DNA of 64,000 bases. Source: Yuukianura sp. NJ FZ-2021. Lineage: Eukaryota. Below the pieces are notes generated by a model, which saw only the letters and a program-made list of their open reading frames with translations, did no database searches and was not told the origin of the DNA. Below, one piece after another: positions 50,070-63,200 of this stretch. The DNA is taken from assembly GCA_046563655.1 (NCBI GenBank), contig CM102284.1, positions 620,001 to 684,000 on the forward strand. Direction: 5' to 3'. Numbering within the stretch: the first letter of the stretch is position 1; the number at the start of each line of letters is the position of its first letter. The position numbers and the translations under genes are program-made.

Positions 50070-50560
50070 CAAGGTAACTAAACATAAACAAACACGCGCT
50101 TTCTAAGGTAGTCTCACGAGCGGTTTTTTCAGCTATTTTTCCGATATTTTTTGGTGGGGCGGATTGTTTGTTTTTTAAACATTCCTCTGACAACGTTTTC
50201 CTTCGGTCGAAGTACAAAATCAAATTCCTCCATTGTGACCATCCAGTGTACCCAATCATCGGGCTAGTGGTTTACATTGATTTTAAGATTGAAAAATGGA
50301 GTACACAAATTTTACCCTTATAATTACTACGAATTCAATGCAACTCAATGACAAATAGTTGATTTGCCTAAAATACTGAACGCTGGGTACAACTAACACA
50401 TCGTTGTTACCTCAACCAACATTTGCATGAATTTTATACAGTTTTATTTCCTTGGAAACCGAACAATCCGCCCCACCAAAAAATATCGCAAAAAAATATT
50501 AAAAACCCGCTCGTGAGACTACCTTAGAAAGCTCATGTGTATTTATGTTTAGTTACCTTG
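50070..50560. mobile_element. MITE with ~95-bp imperfect terminal inverted repeats
   Basis: CAAGGTAACTAAACATAAA...CTTTCTAAGGTAGTCTCACGAGCGG...TTTTTTGGTGGGGCGGATTGTT at 50070-50168 is inverted at 50462-50560. Confidence 0.8.
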
Positions 50561-50776
50561 CTTTTAATATATTTGGCATTGTTGACCATTACGTTTCCAT
50601 AGGAATGAACTAGTAGCACACTGCCTTACTTTAGCATTGCGTGGGGCGAGTAGCTCGGTTAAGGCTCCGATCAATTTCCATGCGCGAGTGTAAAAGAATT
50701 TTAAATAATGTCACTTTTATTTATTTTTCTGTACAAAAATTTGGAAATGGGGGTTTTAAAAAATTTTTTGTTTGGT

Positions 50777-52532
50777 TCAATACCTTAAACTTATATTTTT
50801 ATGTAGCTTTGAGTTCCTGTTTCGCTTCGTTCTCATTTTGACGAAGTTTGAATTCGAGTCAAACAATTTCGAAATGACGGCGATCTCAACCAGTTTCGTT
50901 TCGGTTTCATTTTTTTCAAAATGTTGTTCCAGTTTGATCAAAAAATAAAAGTAGACTGATTTCTTGAGGTTCATTTTGAGCATGTAGATGACGAAGAGGT
51001 CACTCAAGGTCAAGTGCTTGGCAAAACGTGATTGGACGCCAGAAGTCACGAGTGGCAGGATACAATGGAACCGGTAACTGGGACAGACGACAAACAAGAT
51101 CCAAGAGGAAAAAAGCATGGCAGTCATCATACTGAGGTTAACAAGCCAAAACCTAAACAAAGTTTCAAAATTTTGAAAACAAAAACCAAAAAACAAAATT
51201 TTTAGAAAATTTGTGTTTGTGGTAATTACCAAATCCAGATGAAAACTTTTTCGTTGAGGATGTTGTTAGGCAATAGGCAAATGAAGTCACGGTGCTCAAC
51301 GTTTCCTGAAGGTCCGTATCTGTCCATGTTACATTTTGCCACTTTCGGAAAAACTGCTGTAAATGGAATAAAATATATTAAAATATTGATATATTATAAT
51401 ATATTGATATATTTTTATTATATATAAACACATTTTAACAGATTTTATTATCATCGTTACCTTCGATTCCATCTACTCGTTTTTCCGGATTTTCTTCTAC
51501 GTATCCGAGAACATTTACTCCGTACGTCGTCATTTCGCCGCCCAAAAACGCATTGACACAGATGACCTGCGTAAGGACGTTGATGACGTAGAGAAGCTGC
51601 GTGAATATGAATGCGCAGAAGTAGACAGTGTAGTGACCCTGGTTGGCCAGAAAGTAGGTGAGTACGTGCTGAACTTTTTTTAAATCTCCCGGGTCGAATC
51701 CTCTGACCTTCTTGTCTCTATTGAGCTTCGGTGTCAGTTTGGATGTGAGCATGCGCAGATGACCTTGCTCAAAAGACTTCCAAAAGAAGCGGGGAGCGTA
51801 GAAACAAATGCCTATTAGTCCCAGAAGCATGTGAACCCAGAGGTAGTAGCGCTGACGTATCACTTCGCCCCCGTTCGGAGCAATGCGCACTGGGGCCACG
51901 CCTGGGTGTACGGCCAGTCCTATATTAAAAGTCACGAGGTCAAACAAAACATATTTTTGAGGACTAGCTATAGAAATATAGAGGAAACAAAGGACAAGCC
52001 AGAAAAAAAGTAGAGGGACCGAGTGGAACTCGAACCCACATCTCTTCAATCCTGGAAGAGCTCTAACCATTGAGCTATCCCACGCTGGCTTATTAGAGAG
52101 AAGAACTGGTGATATTATGAAATAGTTATAAAAATATGGTAGCATTCTGTGACGTTAGAAAATGTGAAAGAAAAACAACATATTTTTTTTTTGAAAAACT
52201 TCAAAATTTTGAAAAAAGGTGATTGGTTGGTACTCACCTGCTTTTGATTTGGGTACGGTGTATGTTGAGTGTATGAGACAATACCAGTTTGCCATTTCGA
52301 CTTTTTTGCTGTCCTCACCTTCCTCCGATCGGCACAAAATCGGTTCTTTAAGGAGATGATGAAAAGTGAGCAAAAGTGACACAATCACTAGGGCGACAAA
52401 TGTACAACGGTAGTGCAAAAATTCCACGCTTCCATCGATCCAAATTTTCGGAAATTTCCATTTCATCTTTTTCAAAATTTCTTGATCAAGTTTAGCCACT
52501 TTTGATTTCGATTCCCAAGTTTCTTTACCCAT
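50777..52532 (-). CDS. Innexin family gap-junction protein (4 exons, divergent)
   Basis: IDGSVEFLHYRCT, PILC...NWYCLIHSTY, RYYLWV...FYAPRFFWKSFE, VFPKVAKC...YGPSG...CLLPNNILNEKVF, and a C-terminal SDLFVIYMLKMNL. Confidence 0.92.
52015..52085 (-). repeat. tRNA-like dispersed repeat copy, in an innexin intron
   Basis: Minus strand reads GGGATAGCTCAATGGTTAGAGCTCTTCCAGGATTGAAGAGATGTGGGTTCGAGTTCCACTCGGTCCC. Confidence 0.75.
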
Positions 52533-52624
52533 TTTTCTGCTAAACAAGGAACTTTTAACCGTTAACTTTCAAAAACAGAAATACTGAAATGGGTAACTTT
52601 CAGAAAAATTCGAAATTCAAAAAG

Positions 52625-52897
52625 TCAATTTTTTGAAATTTTTAAACAAGCAGTATAGATACAATCTGTCTCTGTCTTAGTTGGTTCAAAATCTAAACTT
52701 GGTTTGATAGTTCTGTTTAAACTGAAACATTGCAAAGACATAGCTTTTGAAAATGTAAACTGTCTTGCAAATTTTTGATTTGAAAATGCTGACAAAGACA
52801 AAACTGAAATTGGAACCGACTTTTGTAACTCGTCATTTGACTCCCTTTGTTTCTTCTTTTTGTCATTCAACGTCTTCATAAAAAAGTTTTTGAATCT
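52625..52897 (+). repeat. Second copy of the ~270-bp dispersed repeat (see 45945-46210)
   Basis: Direct sequence similarity. Confidence 0.85.
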
Positions 52898-53145
52898 TAT
52901 ACTTTTGTTTAATGCTAAACTAGTGAAGCCATACAAATTTTATGAGAGCGGAAGCAACGACATCGTAAATTTGTTTGTGTCTGGACAATCTGAAATGGCA
53001 TTTTTACAAGTTGCGAGAAACATAAATTTTAGACAGCTTGAAAAATATGTCGTAATTTGATTTGACTTTGATAAATTTAGCTACTGGATGGAAATTTGAC
53101 TCAATCGTCACGTTTTCTGGGATAGCCGCTGTTTAATGTAGAACA

Positions 53146-53217
53146 GAACCTGATGGCTTAAAGGTTAGAGCTCTTCCAGGATTCAAGGAGGATGTATGTT
53201 CGAATCCCACTCGGCTC
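53146..53217 (+). repeat. tRNA-like dispersed repeat copy
   Basis: GAACCTGATGGCTTAAAGGTTAGAGCTCTTCCAGGATTCAAGGAGGATGTATGTTCGAATCCCACTCGGCTC followed by a T-rich tract. Confidence 0.7.
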
Positions 53218-56200
53218 TTTACTTTCTTTTCACTCAGAACAAAAAAAATTGTGGTGTTTATTTTGCTGACTTGAAAAAAAAGTTGAACAATCTCCTTTTG
53301 TTTTTTTTAATTTGGTATTATAATAGAATTGTTTTTGCCCAAAAAATTCACACTTTTTATAAAGAAAATGCTTATATGTTTTCGACACTTTTGCTGAAGT
53401 TCTAAAGCAACTGCTCAGCATTTGGTAAAGAAAAAAGTTTTGAACAATTTTCATAATTTTTTTTTTGAAAAACTGATTGTATAGAGAAAAAAATTTAATC
53501 CCTTGTGCAAAGATGACGAAGATTGGAGATTTGTTGCGTGATGCTGAACAAGTTGGAGATCTCAAGCTCCTCAAATCCCTCTTGACAAGAATAGAGAAAC
53601 AGATCTCCAGTTTTCATTTTGGCAAAGATTTCTGTTCCAGGAAACTCGTCTGAAGTAGGATTTGCAAAAAGTGGTTTCCGGAAACTCGTGCACGGAAAAT
53701 AGTACACCGATGTTTCACTGAACGGAAAGTGACTAGGTATATGTACCTGATGCTCCTTAAAATTTGAAACCTTTTCCTAAAATCGTACATGATGATTTCA
53801 GTATTTTAGTCGGTTTGTTTTATTTCCGTTCAAGAGTGTTCTAGAATGAGAAAATTGGAAGAGGAAGATGAGGCGACATGACAAAAGATGTATTAAGCTT
53901 TTCATTTCCGTTTCATCTGAAACTAAATCCTCCTTCCGTCACCAAGAACAACACGGAAGATTATTCAGAATGAGTCCATTAGTCACACGAAAGTCAAAAA
54001 TACACAAAACTGACACACTCCTCCCTCCTCCTCCGATTTCACTCCTCCTGAAAACTTACAAATTTCATTAGAATTCGGAAGCTACAGACACAGGAGTAGC
54101 CCTGGAGCAGTAACACAAAGTTAGTCTGGTGAAGGTCAAAGGTCATGAGAGGCTTCCTCTCCTCCTCCATCCCTCCTCCCTCCTTCCTCCTCCCTCCTCC
54201 TGGGGGAGTTAAGGTCACGGAAAGCTGAAATGGAAAAGTGAAAGTTCCGAGTCGCCTCTGGGTTCATTTGGGCTGATTTAATCAAACCCTGAAAATTTGA
54301 TGATGCGGAATCCAGTTATGTCCAAAACAACAAATTTGGTGGAAGATGCACTACCAACATGCAACTTCAACACGATTCAGCGTCCAGCATAGCATAAAAA
54401 CATCAATTGTTTTCCTAAATTGGTTTTCGAAAAAAAATTTTGTTCGTTTTTAATAGAAGTTTGTAGTGTTGTCAAAATTTGATGCCGCCAGAGGACTGAA
54501 AAGTGTGAAAACAAAATTTTTAGACGGCAGATTATTTTGTTTTTAGATTCCAGAATTTTGTTCTTTTACGAAAATTTGAAACACTAAAAGTTTTTATGAT
54601 CCTGTTTTCCTGTCCTGGCGGTTTAAAATATTTGAAAATTTTGAAACCACAAAAAATTGAAAAATTAAAAACCGAAGTGTCAGTTGCGATTAGTTCCGTT
54701 TTTATTGGAACAGCTTAGCTTTTCCTGTAATTTGTGTTTTGTTGATGAATTTTGGAGGGTATTGCGTGTTTTCTGGTTTGTTTGCTAATTTACCCTTTGT
54801 TCTATTTGTGTCACTCAAGGTGTGACTTTTCACACCTTTTCATACTAATTAGTTAATTACTAACAGGAAATATGATTCGTGACATGAAATGCTAAGCTCA
54901 AAGAGCTTTTGCGTCAATGAAATGACACTTCTGGTGTCATCAAAGGCGGAAACTCATCGCTCATTATCACTATCTCATATGCAACGGACATACAAATTAT
55001 CAAAAAAAGTTATTTTTGAATGTTTAGTTTTGGGTGTGTCTGCGAGCAGTTTTGCCAAAAATATTTTGATTTTTTTAGTTTCACAGAATGCGTAGTTTTG
55101 AAAGTGCTTTAACTGGTCTTAGGGATTGAGCTTATCCTGATGTGTTTGATATGAAGCCCTAAAATTTTTCTTTGAGGTTTCGAGATTTTTTAAGATTTTT
55201 ATATTTTTTTTTTAAGATTTTGAAATTCTAGATTCACCTGAGATTATGGTAGATTGTGTAAAAAAAATTGGATTTTCTCTTTTTCCTAGAAAAGTAAAGT
55301 GACGAGGGCTGAAAGGTCTTTCTTATTCCCCGTCTCCAGGGAAATCCACTTTCTGTCTCCAATTGTCACACTTCACAACGAAGTGAAAGTTTAGTCCTTG
55401 GTTGAAGTACAGCAAAAGTACAACTGTTGTAACCACCAAACCGGAGGTGGTTACATACATAACCACCTTACCGCTTACGCTTAGCCACTTTTTGTTCTAG
55501 CTCAATCGGAACAAAAACACTGCTACCAACCACACTGTGGATATAAGTGAAATTTCTCCTTATTTCTACCAACCAATATTATACTTGCTTGCACCCATTT
55601 TACGAATTTTTTCAATCAATTTTTTACTTACACTTTTATCAAAAGTTGAGAGTTAAAAAGGCATAAGAATGGAATATTGATAACCTCGTGGGTACATTGA
55701 AGAGATTCTGGTTTACGTCAACCGGGTTCTCTGAGAAGACTCTAAGCTCATCTTCTCATTGAAAGACGTTTTGAAATCCGTGGTTTAGCGTCTGTCACCT
55801 TCGCTGGAGCTGAAAACATGAGACCCTCGTTAGATTTAATTTTGGAAGTTGAAGATTTAGTGCTCTTCAGCCTCCCGGCCACAAGATCTTCCTCTGTCCC
55901 AGAAAGTGGAGAGCTTCAATTTCTGCTCATTTTGAAATCGATTTGAGCGGGAGAGTGAAGTGAGCGGAAATTAATGAGACACCTAATTGCTAGGCAGCTC
56001 TTCTCATTCATTCTCAAGTCACTTTGTTTTCCCCATTGTTCCTCAAGTGCCAATCAATATGCAACAAAAATAAATTAGTATTTCCAAACCACTTTTCACT
56101 GCTCCAGCGTCACTCTGCATAGGAATAGCAGAACAAACCTGGACGGATTAAAAAGTACGACTTTCAACATCAACAAAGGTACATTTTGTTACCGCCAGCA

Positions 56201-56342
56201 GTTTTAGGAAGAATACACCAAAAATAGAGTTTCGAACAAACCCTAACGCAAATTAATAATCCCGCAAAAATTTTTAAAACTAAAAACAGTTTAGGAGTTT
56301 TCTTTTCATTTAAAAAAAAAGACCTTCCGTCATGAAAAGTTA

Positions 56343-56435
56343 ACCACCGACCACCTACGAATTTTTGGCCACCTACCACCCCCCGACCACCTACCATTTG
56401 CCGACCACCTACCACTTGCCCGACCACCTACCATT
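56343..56435. repeat. CCGACCACCTACCA-type short tandem repeat
   Basis: About 5 imperfect units, directly visible. Confidence 0.75.
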
Positions 56436-56835
56436 GGACGGTAACTATTTTTCCGTAAATTTTTGTAGTGGATCTGTTCATCGTTGGTCTAAAAAGCAAT
56501 GACACTAAAAATTAACAGTTTGCACCTCCTAAGATTTGAAAATTGAATGTCATGAATTCGTGATGAGGAACCAGTGACGCTGGAACTGAGATTATTAATA
56601 AACACTCATTCGGCACGGACTTTGTGATGATCAGATTTCACTCATACTTGACTCCTACTGGCGTCATTACCTTTAACCACGTCACACTTTTCCAAAAATT
56701 TGCAATTTATTTGCACACTGATAACCAAACAAAAGCACTTCTCTCTTACTCTCATTCGCTCATTCGTTGTGAACAATTAACACTCCACTTATTCGCCAAA
56801 TTACACCAACAAACAGAAACTACAAAAAGTGGACC

Positions 56836-59651
56836 ATGGAGTCCGGAATCTATCCAAGTCAAGATCTTCTGGACGAAATGCCATTTGTGGACGAAGAGCA
56901 CGAAGACGGAGTCATGATGGACGAGGAAATCCGTCCATCTGAAATGGACGGCCGTCCATGCGACCTGGACATGCAAGGACGACACGCTTTTAACCAAAAA
57001 CTAACTGTTAAGGCCAAGTTGGAACGGGCCTTAAGTGAAGAACTTTTCACAGACTTGACCTGTTTAGTGGGTCAAGGTGAAAATTACCCCGAGGGGGTCA
57101 AAGGTCACGGTCCAGAAGAGGTCAAGTGCCATTCTCTGCTTCTGCGCATTCACTCTCCAACGTTTGATCAGAGTTACACTAAACTACAACAGCCAAGTCA
57201 CATGACTTTTCCAAACTTTAGCCCTTCAGCCTTCAAAAAGTTTTTGCTGGTGAGTTTCCAAAGTTTTGTCTTACTTTCAACACGCTAAGAACTTCAAAAA
57301 CAGAGAAAAAAAAACGAAAGTTTTTAGAAAGTTTAAAAAAAAAAATAGAAAAAAAAGTTTAATTTTGGGATTTTCAAATACAGCTTACAGTAGAAAATCT
57401 GAAATTCAAAACAAGCTAAATGCGTAGATTTTGCAATTTTGGAAATTTTTTGCTGTTTTGATTTTTGCTTCTTTTGGTTTTCTTTTTGTTCGTTCAGCTT
57501 TGATTTGTTTTCATTTGGTTTTCATAGTTTTCATTTGTGTTTTCATGAGTTTTCATTGGGTCTTAAGTGTTTTTGAAGGTTTTTTTAATTGTGTGTTTTC
57601 TTTATATAGTTTTTGTACACTGAGAAATTTGATTCGAGTGTGGACGAGACAATTTCATTAATTGAAATTGCAGCAGAGTTTCAAGTGGAGTCGCTGCTTC
57701 TCCGCTGCTCTAAACTTCTCAAAGATCAAATTGACATTCCAAATTCAAGTGCCATTTACGCAAAAGCAACTGAATTAGGCAGAAAGGACTTGCAAAAATT
57801 TGCTCACAATTTCATCATACGGTTAGCATTAACAAAAAAAAACATTTGCAAAAACAATTGTTTAGAAAAACTTTTGATTTTGAATTTTTCTTTTAGAAAC
57901 GCTGAAGACGTTTTCAAAACGCAAGGATTTTTGAGTCTTTCACTTCCCTGCCTCCGTGCTATTTTAGCTTCGCCAGAGAAAAATGTCGATCAAGTCTCCG
58001 CTTTCAATGCTATGCTCCGGTAATAATATAATATTTAATATAATATAAATCATACATAATATAATACAAATGATATAATATATCATATTGATATATATTT
58101 TAAGATATACGTACAGTATAGACATATAAGCACTGTAAGCGTTACGCAAATGGTGTTAATTTTTTATGCTGTTAATTGGTGGTTTAAATTTTTTAGATAA
58201 ATGTTAGGTATGCGTGTGATTTTTTTCAATTTTTTTTTCAGTTGGGGCAAAGTGAGATGCGAACGCACAAACCTGGACCTCACACCCGCGAATCTCCATT
58301 CAGTTCTAGAAGGTTGTCCGAACCTCTTCACCTACCACCAGTTCACTCCAGCCGAATTTTCAGAACACGTCGTTGACACTGGACTGCTGCCAGAGCGCGA
58401 AGCCCTTCAAATTTTGAAAAAGTTGCATCTGACTCAAATCGGTAGCAAAAGTAGTCTCAAGTTGAGTCACTGGGGAATGTCGAGCCAAATCAGCTCAGGA
58501 TCCAGTTCAGGAATGTCGGATTCAGCGTCCAGCGAATGCTCCAGTCCAACAGACATACCACAGGAACAGCCGATTAGGCTCAAACGATACAAAAATCCAA
58601 CACTCAAGGCATGGATTTCGGGAGGAATTGAGAAAATCACGTAAGCGGAATTTTCAAATTTCACCAATTCCAAAATATGGACGCCCCTTTCAAAAAAACG
58701 ACAAAAAACGTTTTCTACTTTTTATATCTCAAACGTTTTACAGTTATTTTGTTTTCTAACGTCAGAAGGACGTTTTCCACCATTTTGAAACTCAAACGTA
58801 GGCAAAACGTTTTGTATCACTTTTCAACTCAAACGTTGAGCAAAACGTGCTAAATCATTTCTAAACTCAAACGTCGAAACAACGTTTTGATTCACTTTTG
58901 AACTGAAACGTCGGCAAAACGTTTCGCTCTGTTTGTGTTTAAAATTTGTCTGTTTAGTTCATGTTTTTAAAACGTTTTAAAATTCGCTAGTTCGTTAGTT
59001 AGTGCGCAGTAGTTACTACGCATGGCGGTATAATCATCTCACATTGTTAAAAATAGACGTGTTAATTGCTCAAAGCCAAATTTGGACCAATTTTAACACC
59101 TTTTAAAGATCATTTAAACCCGGAGCTAAATTGTTAGCGCCCACACCATAAAACTTTAAGTGCTAAGCATTTCAAAGTTTAAAATTTCCCGCTAATCTTT
59201 TTATTTTCTTTTCAGATTCATGACTAAACAACCAATCAGAATCTCTGGCGTTGGACTGTACGGGCGTTCTGAGCTGAACGCCAAAGGAGAGCCACTTCCC
59301 ATCAAAGCGAGCATGACACTGTCCAGTTTCGACGAAATTGCACAAGTTGGAGCCGCTCGCAAAAATTTCCCGCCAATCCGCGAACCAATGAATTTTGATT
59401 TCCTCTTTGAGACGCCCGTGACCTTGCAACCCAAAACTTGGTACTCTCTACTAGTTGACCTTGGTGGAGAAGTGCAACCAGTGGGGGTCTGGAGTAAGAA
59501 GAAGGTCAAAGGTCAAATTTCTAATGCAGAAATAACATCAACTGAAAAGCAAAAGCAATCTCTGACCATAAGATTCAAAATTCCGAAAGGAATTGGCGCC
59601 AGAACGAGAACGGGCCAGTTTCCGCAGCTCCTGTTTGCCCCCAATCCTTAA
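56836..59651 (+). CDS. BTB/POZ-BACK-PHR domain protein (BTBD1/2/3/6-like), 5 exons
   Basis: BTB (FTDLTCLVG...CHSLLLRIHSPTF...FSPSAFKKFLL|FLYTE), BACK (AEDVFKTQGFLSL...AMLRWG) and PHR-like end (IRISGVGLYG...FETPVTLQPKTWY...TGQFPQLLF*). Confidence 0.85.
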
Positions 59652-60299
59652 AAATTAAGCTCTTAATTAAGAAAGTTAGTTAATTAGGGTGTTAATTAAG
59701 TTTGTACTTTCCAAAAACAGCAATTGATTCCCTGTTTCGTCTTAATTTTTTCTTGTTCTCGTGTTGAAGTAACAAAAACGACCGGAAATCTGTGGTTTAA
59801 GATAAAACAGAACTTGAGAGCTTAATCTGCACAAGAGTTTCAGTTCAGTTGTTATTCATAGGGAGATCCATTTTGTCATAGAATAAACAAGAGTCAATTT
59901 TTTTTTTCAAAATTTTTTGAAATTTTGAAGTTCTGACTAATTTTTAAGGAATTTGAAGTTAGGTTAAGCTTATTGAAAACTATGAGTCGAAGTTAGATTG
60001 CTGAAAGTGTGGAGTCAAAGTTAAGAAGTCACAGCTACCATGAACGAAAGTTTAGAATTTTTGAAATTTTACAGTAGTTTGTGACTAATTTTTAGAGAAT
60101 TTCAATTTTTGAACTTAACGAAGCTTCAAAAACTTGAAATTTTGGAGTGTGAGGCTTAAGAAATTTTTAATTTTGAAGGTTTTCAGTGAGCGTAGGAAGT
60201 TTAAATAAAATGGCGTCTAGTTTTAGCGAATTTTTTCTTGTCGCCTATTGGAAACGTTGAAGTGTGGAGTGAAAAATTAAAATTTTGAAAATTTTCAAA

Positions 60300-63200
60300 A
60301 TGTACTACCGAGTAGTTTGGAATCAAGTGAGGTCAAGGTCAAGGTCACCGAGGTCATTGACCTTTGCACTTTTCCTGTTCCTGTTGTGTCCAAAACTGAC
60401 GCTGTTGTTCAACTTTGACCTGCGCAGTCCAATTGTGATTCACGACAGTTTTGATAAGCCGGATAGCCACTTCGGTGCATCCGTTGTGCTTGTGGCGCCT
60501 TCAACTGGAACCGGATGGTAATCAAAACCTAAAGGAAGCTGCATTTTTATAAAATTTCAAAAAAAAATGCATAAAAAATTTCAAAACAATATTTTGAAAC
60601 AATTTCCTTTAAATTTGAAACCAAATTTGTCTAAATTTTGTAACAAGGATTGTGATTGGAGCTCCCAAAGCTGAATCCCCATTGGCCAATTATTCCACCG
60701 TGAAAGAGCCAGGAGTAGTGTGGAAATGTTCTTTAGGCATGCGCGAAAACGCGTGGAACTGCTCACTCCTGGAAGTTGACCCGATAGGTAAAGGTCAAAG
60801 GTAAAATTTTCAAAATTCAAAATTTTGAAGATCTTAAATTTTGGAAATCTAGGTGAACTGGACGTGAAGTTGGGCCAAGTTCCAAAAGAAGTTATTCACC
60901 GAGACAGAAAAGATTTCGGCCGATTCGGATCGGCGATGAGTGCCGGATCGGGAAATTCGAGTCGATTCATTGTGTGTGCCAGCAATTGGGCCAATCAGAA
61001 GTACAGAGATCACCACCTCATGAACGGCCTATGCTATTGGCTGCCCACTGCCGATCTCTTCCAGCACGATTCAAATAACACCGCCGCGGTGCCATCTCTG
61101 GACTTTTCACACCGACTTCTTCCACTAATCAACTCTAGTAAACACCATAACATAACACCATAGAACGGCACAAACGCCCATATCTTAAAAAGCGTGGGAA
61201 AATCAAAATTCAAATTTTAAACTTCAAAATTCCCGCTTTTTTGTTTAGGTAGACAGGCCTACACTTTGGTTACGGCCAATGGTCAGCTGACTGAACGCCA
61301 GCGGCGTTTTGATTGGGCGTTCGGCCAGGCTGGATTTTCAATTGACATTTCACCCAAAAATGAAGTTTTGCTTGGAGCCCCGGGCGTTCTGGAGTGGGCA
61401 GGTCAGAAATATGTTAAATTAAATACTATATTTTAATATATTAATATATTTTAAATATATTTTCAGGTTCTGTAGTCCAATATAAGGATTACGATCCGAT
61501 TGCACTGAGTTTACCATGGAGAAGATTCAACCAAAAGGACTCTACTTTTGCACAAGTCAGGATTCCCCGAGCCCAGACCAACATTAATCGGAAAGTAATC
61601 AATTACTTCGATTACTTCGGCTATTCTGTCGTGTCCGGAAATTTTTTGAAGTTGAGCACGGCGCAGACCCAGTACGCCGCTGGTGCACCGCGCGGAGCCT
61701 CACTTCATGGCAAAGTCTTAATATTTTCGTTTAAAGACGAACCACGTGACCTCGGATCGCCCCCGGACGAGTCAATGACCTTTCTCACCGATCCGATCAC
61801 GGGAGATGGTCCGGCATTTTTTGGATCGTATTTCGGATCGGTCCTGGCCGTGGCGGATGTCAACGGTGACGGACTGGACGATCTCTTAGTTGGAGCACCG
61901 CAGTACGAAAGCACAGTCACGGTTTTTAGTGAAAACAGCAACGGAAGCACCGCGGCTGAAAATAACGACGGGACATTGACCTCTGGAGACGAAGGCTGCG
62001 TTTTTCTGTACTTTTCACTTGGGGTAATGTGAGATACTTTTGTTTTCCTTCTGTTCACGTTAAAAGGTAGGATTTGGCAGAAGAGCAGAATAGCTCAATG
62101 GTGAGAGCGATTACCCCGGAATGGTAGCTGTGAGTTCAAATCTTGCTCCAGGGATAAATTTGTCTTCTCTCTTTTTTTGCAATATACAGTCGGCGTAAAC
62201 TAAACTAGTGCATTGATTTCATTCCTGAAATTGGTGGACACATTTTAAGTCAACTTTTTGATAAAAATTTTGAAAACTTTCTTTTTAAATTTCACGTTTT
62301 CAGGATAATTTTGGACGAAACCCGCAAGAAATTTGTGGTGACAGCCGTCCGGGAGCGAGATTTGGTTCGGCAATTTCGCGGCTCGGAGATACAAATTTTG
62401 ATGGATTTCAAGGTTCGTTTTCTCAAAAAAAAAATCAAACTTTTTTAAAATCTTCAAATTTTCAAAAACCTGGTTCGTGCCTAGATGTTGCTGTTGGAGC
62501 ACCTTATGAATCAGAAAACCGTGGAGCAGTTTACATTTACCTTGGCAGTGCCAAAAGGCTCATATTTTCACAAAAACTGATTCCGGAAGCGATCGATTTG
62601 AATCTTCGCGGGTTCGGGTACGCCTTATCAGCTGGAGTTGACATTGATGAGAATGGATACGGCGGTAAACATACCAAACATTAAAAAATTTACAGGAAAT
62701 CGAAAATTTTTCAAAATTTTGAGAAAATTGTTTCAGATCTGGCCGTTGGTGCGTACGATTCAAATCACGTTGTGATTTTCACAAGTCGTGCAGTTGTTGA
62801 CATCAGCAGCAACATTTCAGCATCAGTCACCGCTCTAGGCTCAACCACCGGACAATTCACAATCACAAGTTGCTGTAACTACAAAGGTCACCGAGTACCA
62901 GATGACCTCCGTAAGTCTTCAAAATTTCAAGTTTCAAAATTTGGAAATTTTTCAAAATTTCCACTTTCAACTTCAGAAATCTGGGTGAAGATAACCCTTG
63001 ATCCAGAAATCCGGAAATCCCGAATCGTCGAATTTCTACCAAACAGTGGAATTTCAGCACAGAATTTTTCAAAAAATCAAATTACCTTCACGGGGTCATT
63101 CACCCCGAGGGGAAAGTGTCACACTTTCAAGGTCACGACGCTCGGCGACCTTGACTCGATCACTGTCCCAGTGATAGTCAGACAAGAAGTTTGGCTAGAC

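Noticed and set aside
53495-55935. Short GC-richer ORF-like patches between the innexin and BTB genes
   Set aside because: Short, no motif and no coherent exon chain. Possibly UTR or regulatory sequence.
11357-62150. tRNA-like copies as functional tRNA-Ser(GGA) genes
   Set aside because: Mismatched acceptor stems, non-canonical anticodon loops, no long variable arm and high divergence between copies. Recorded as repeats.
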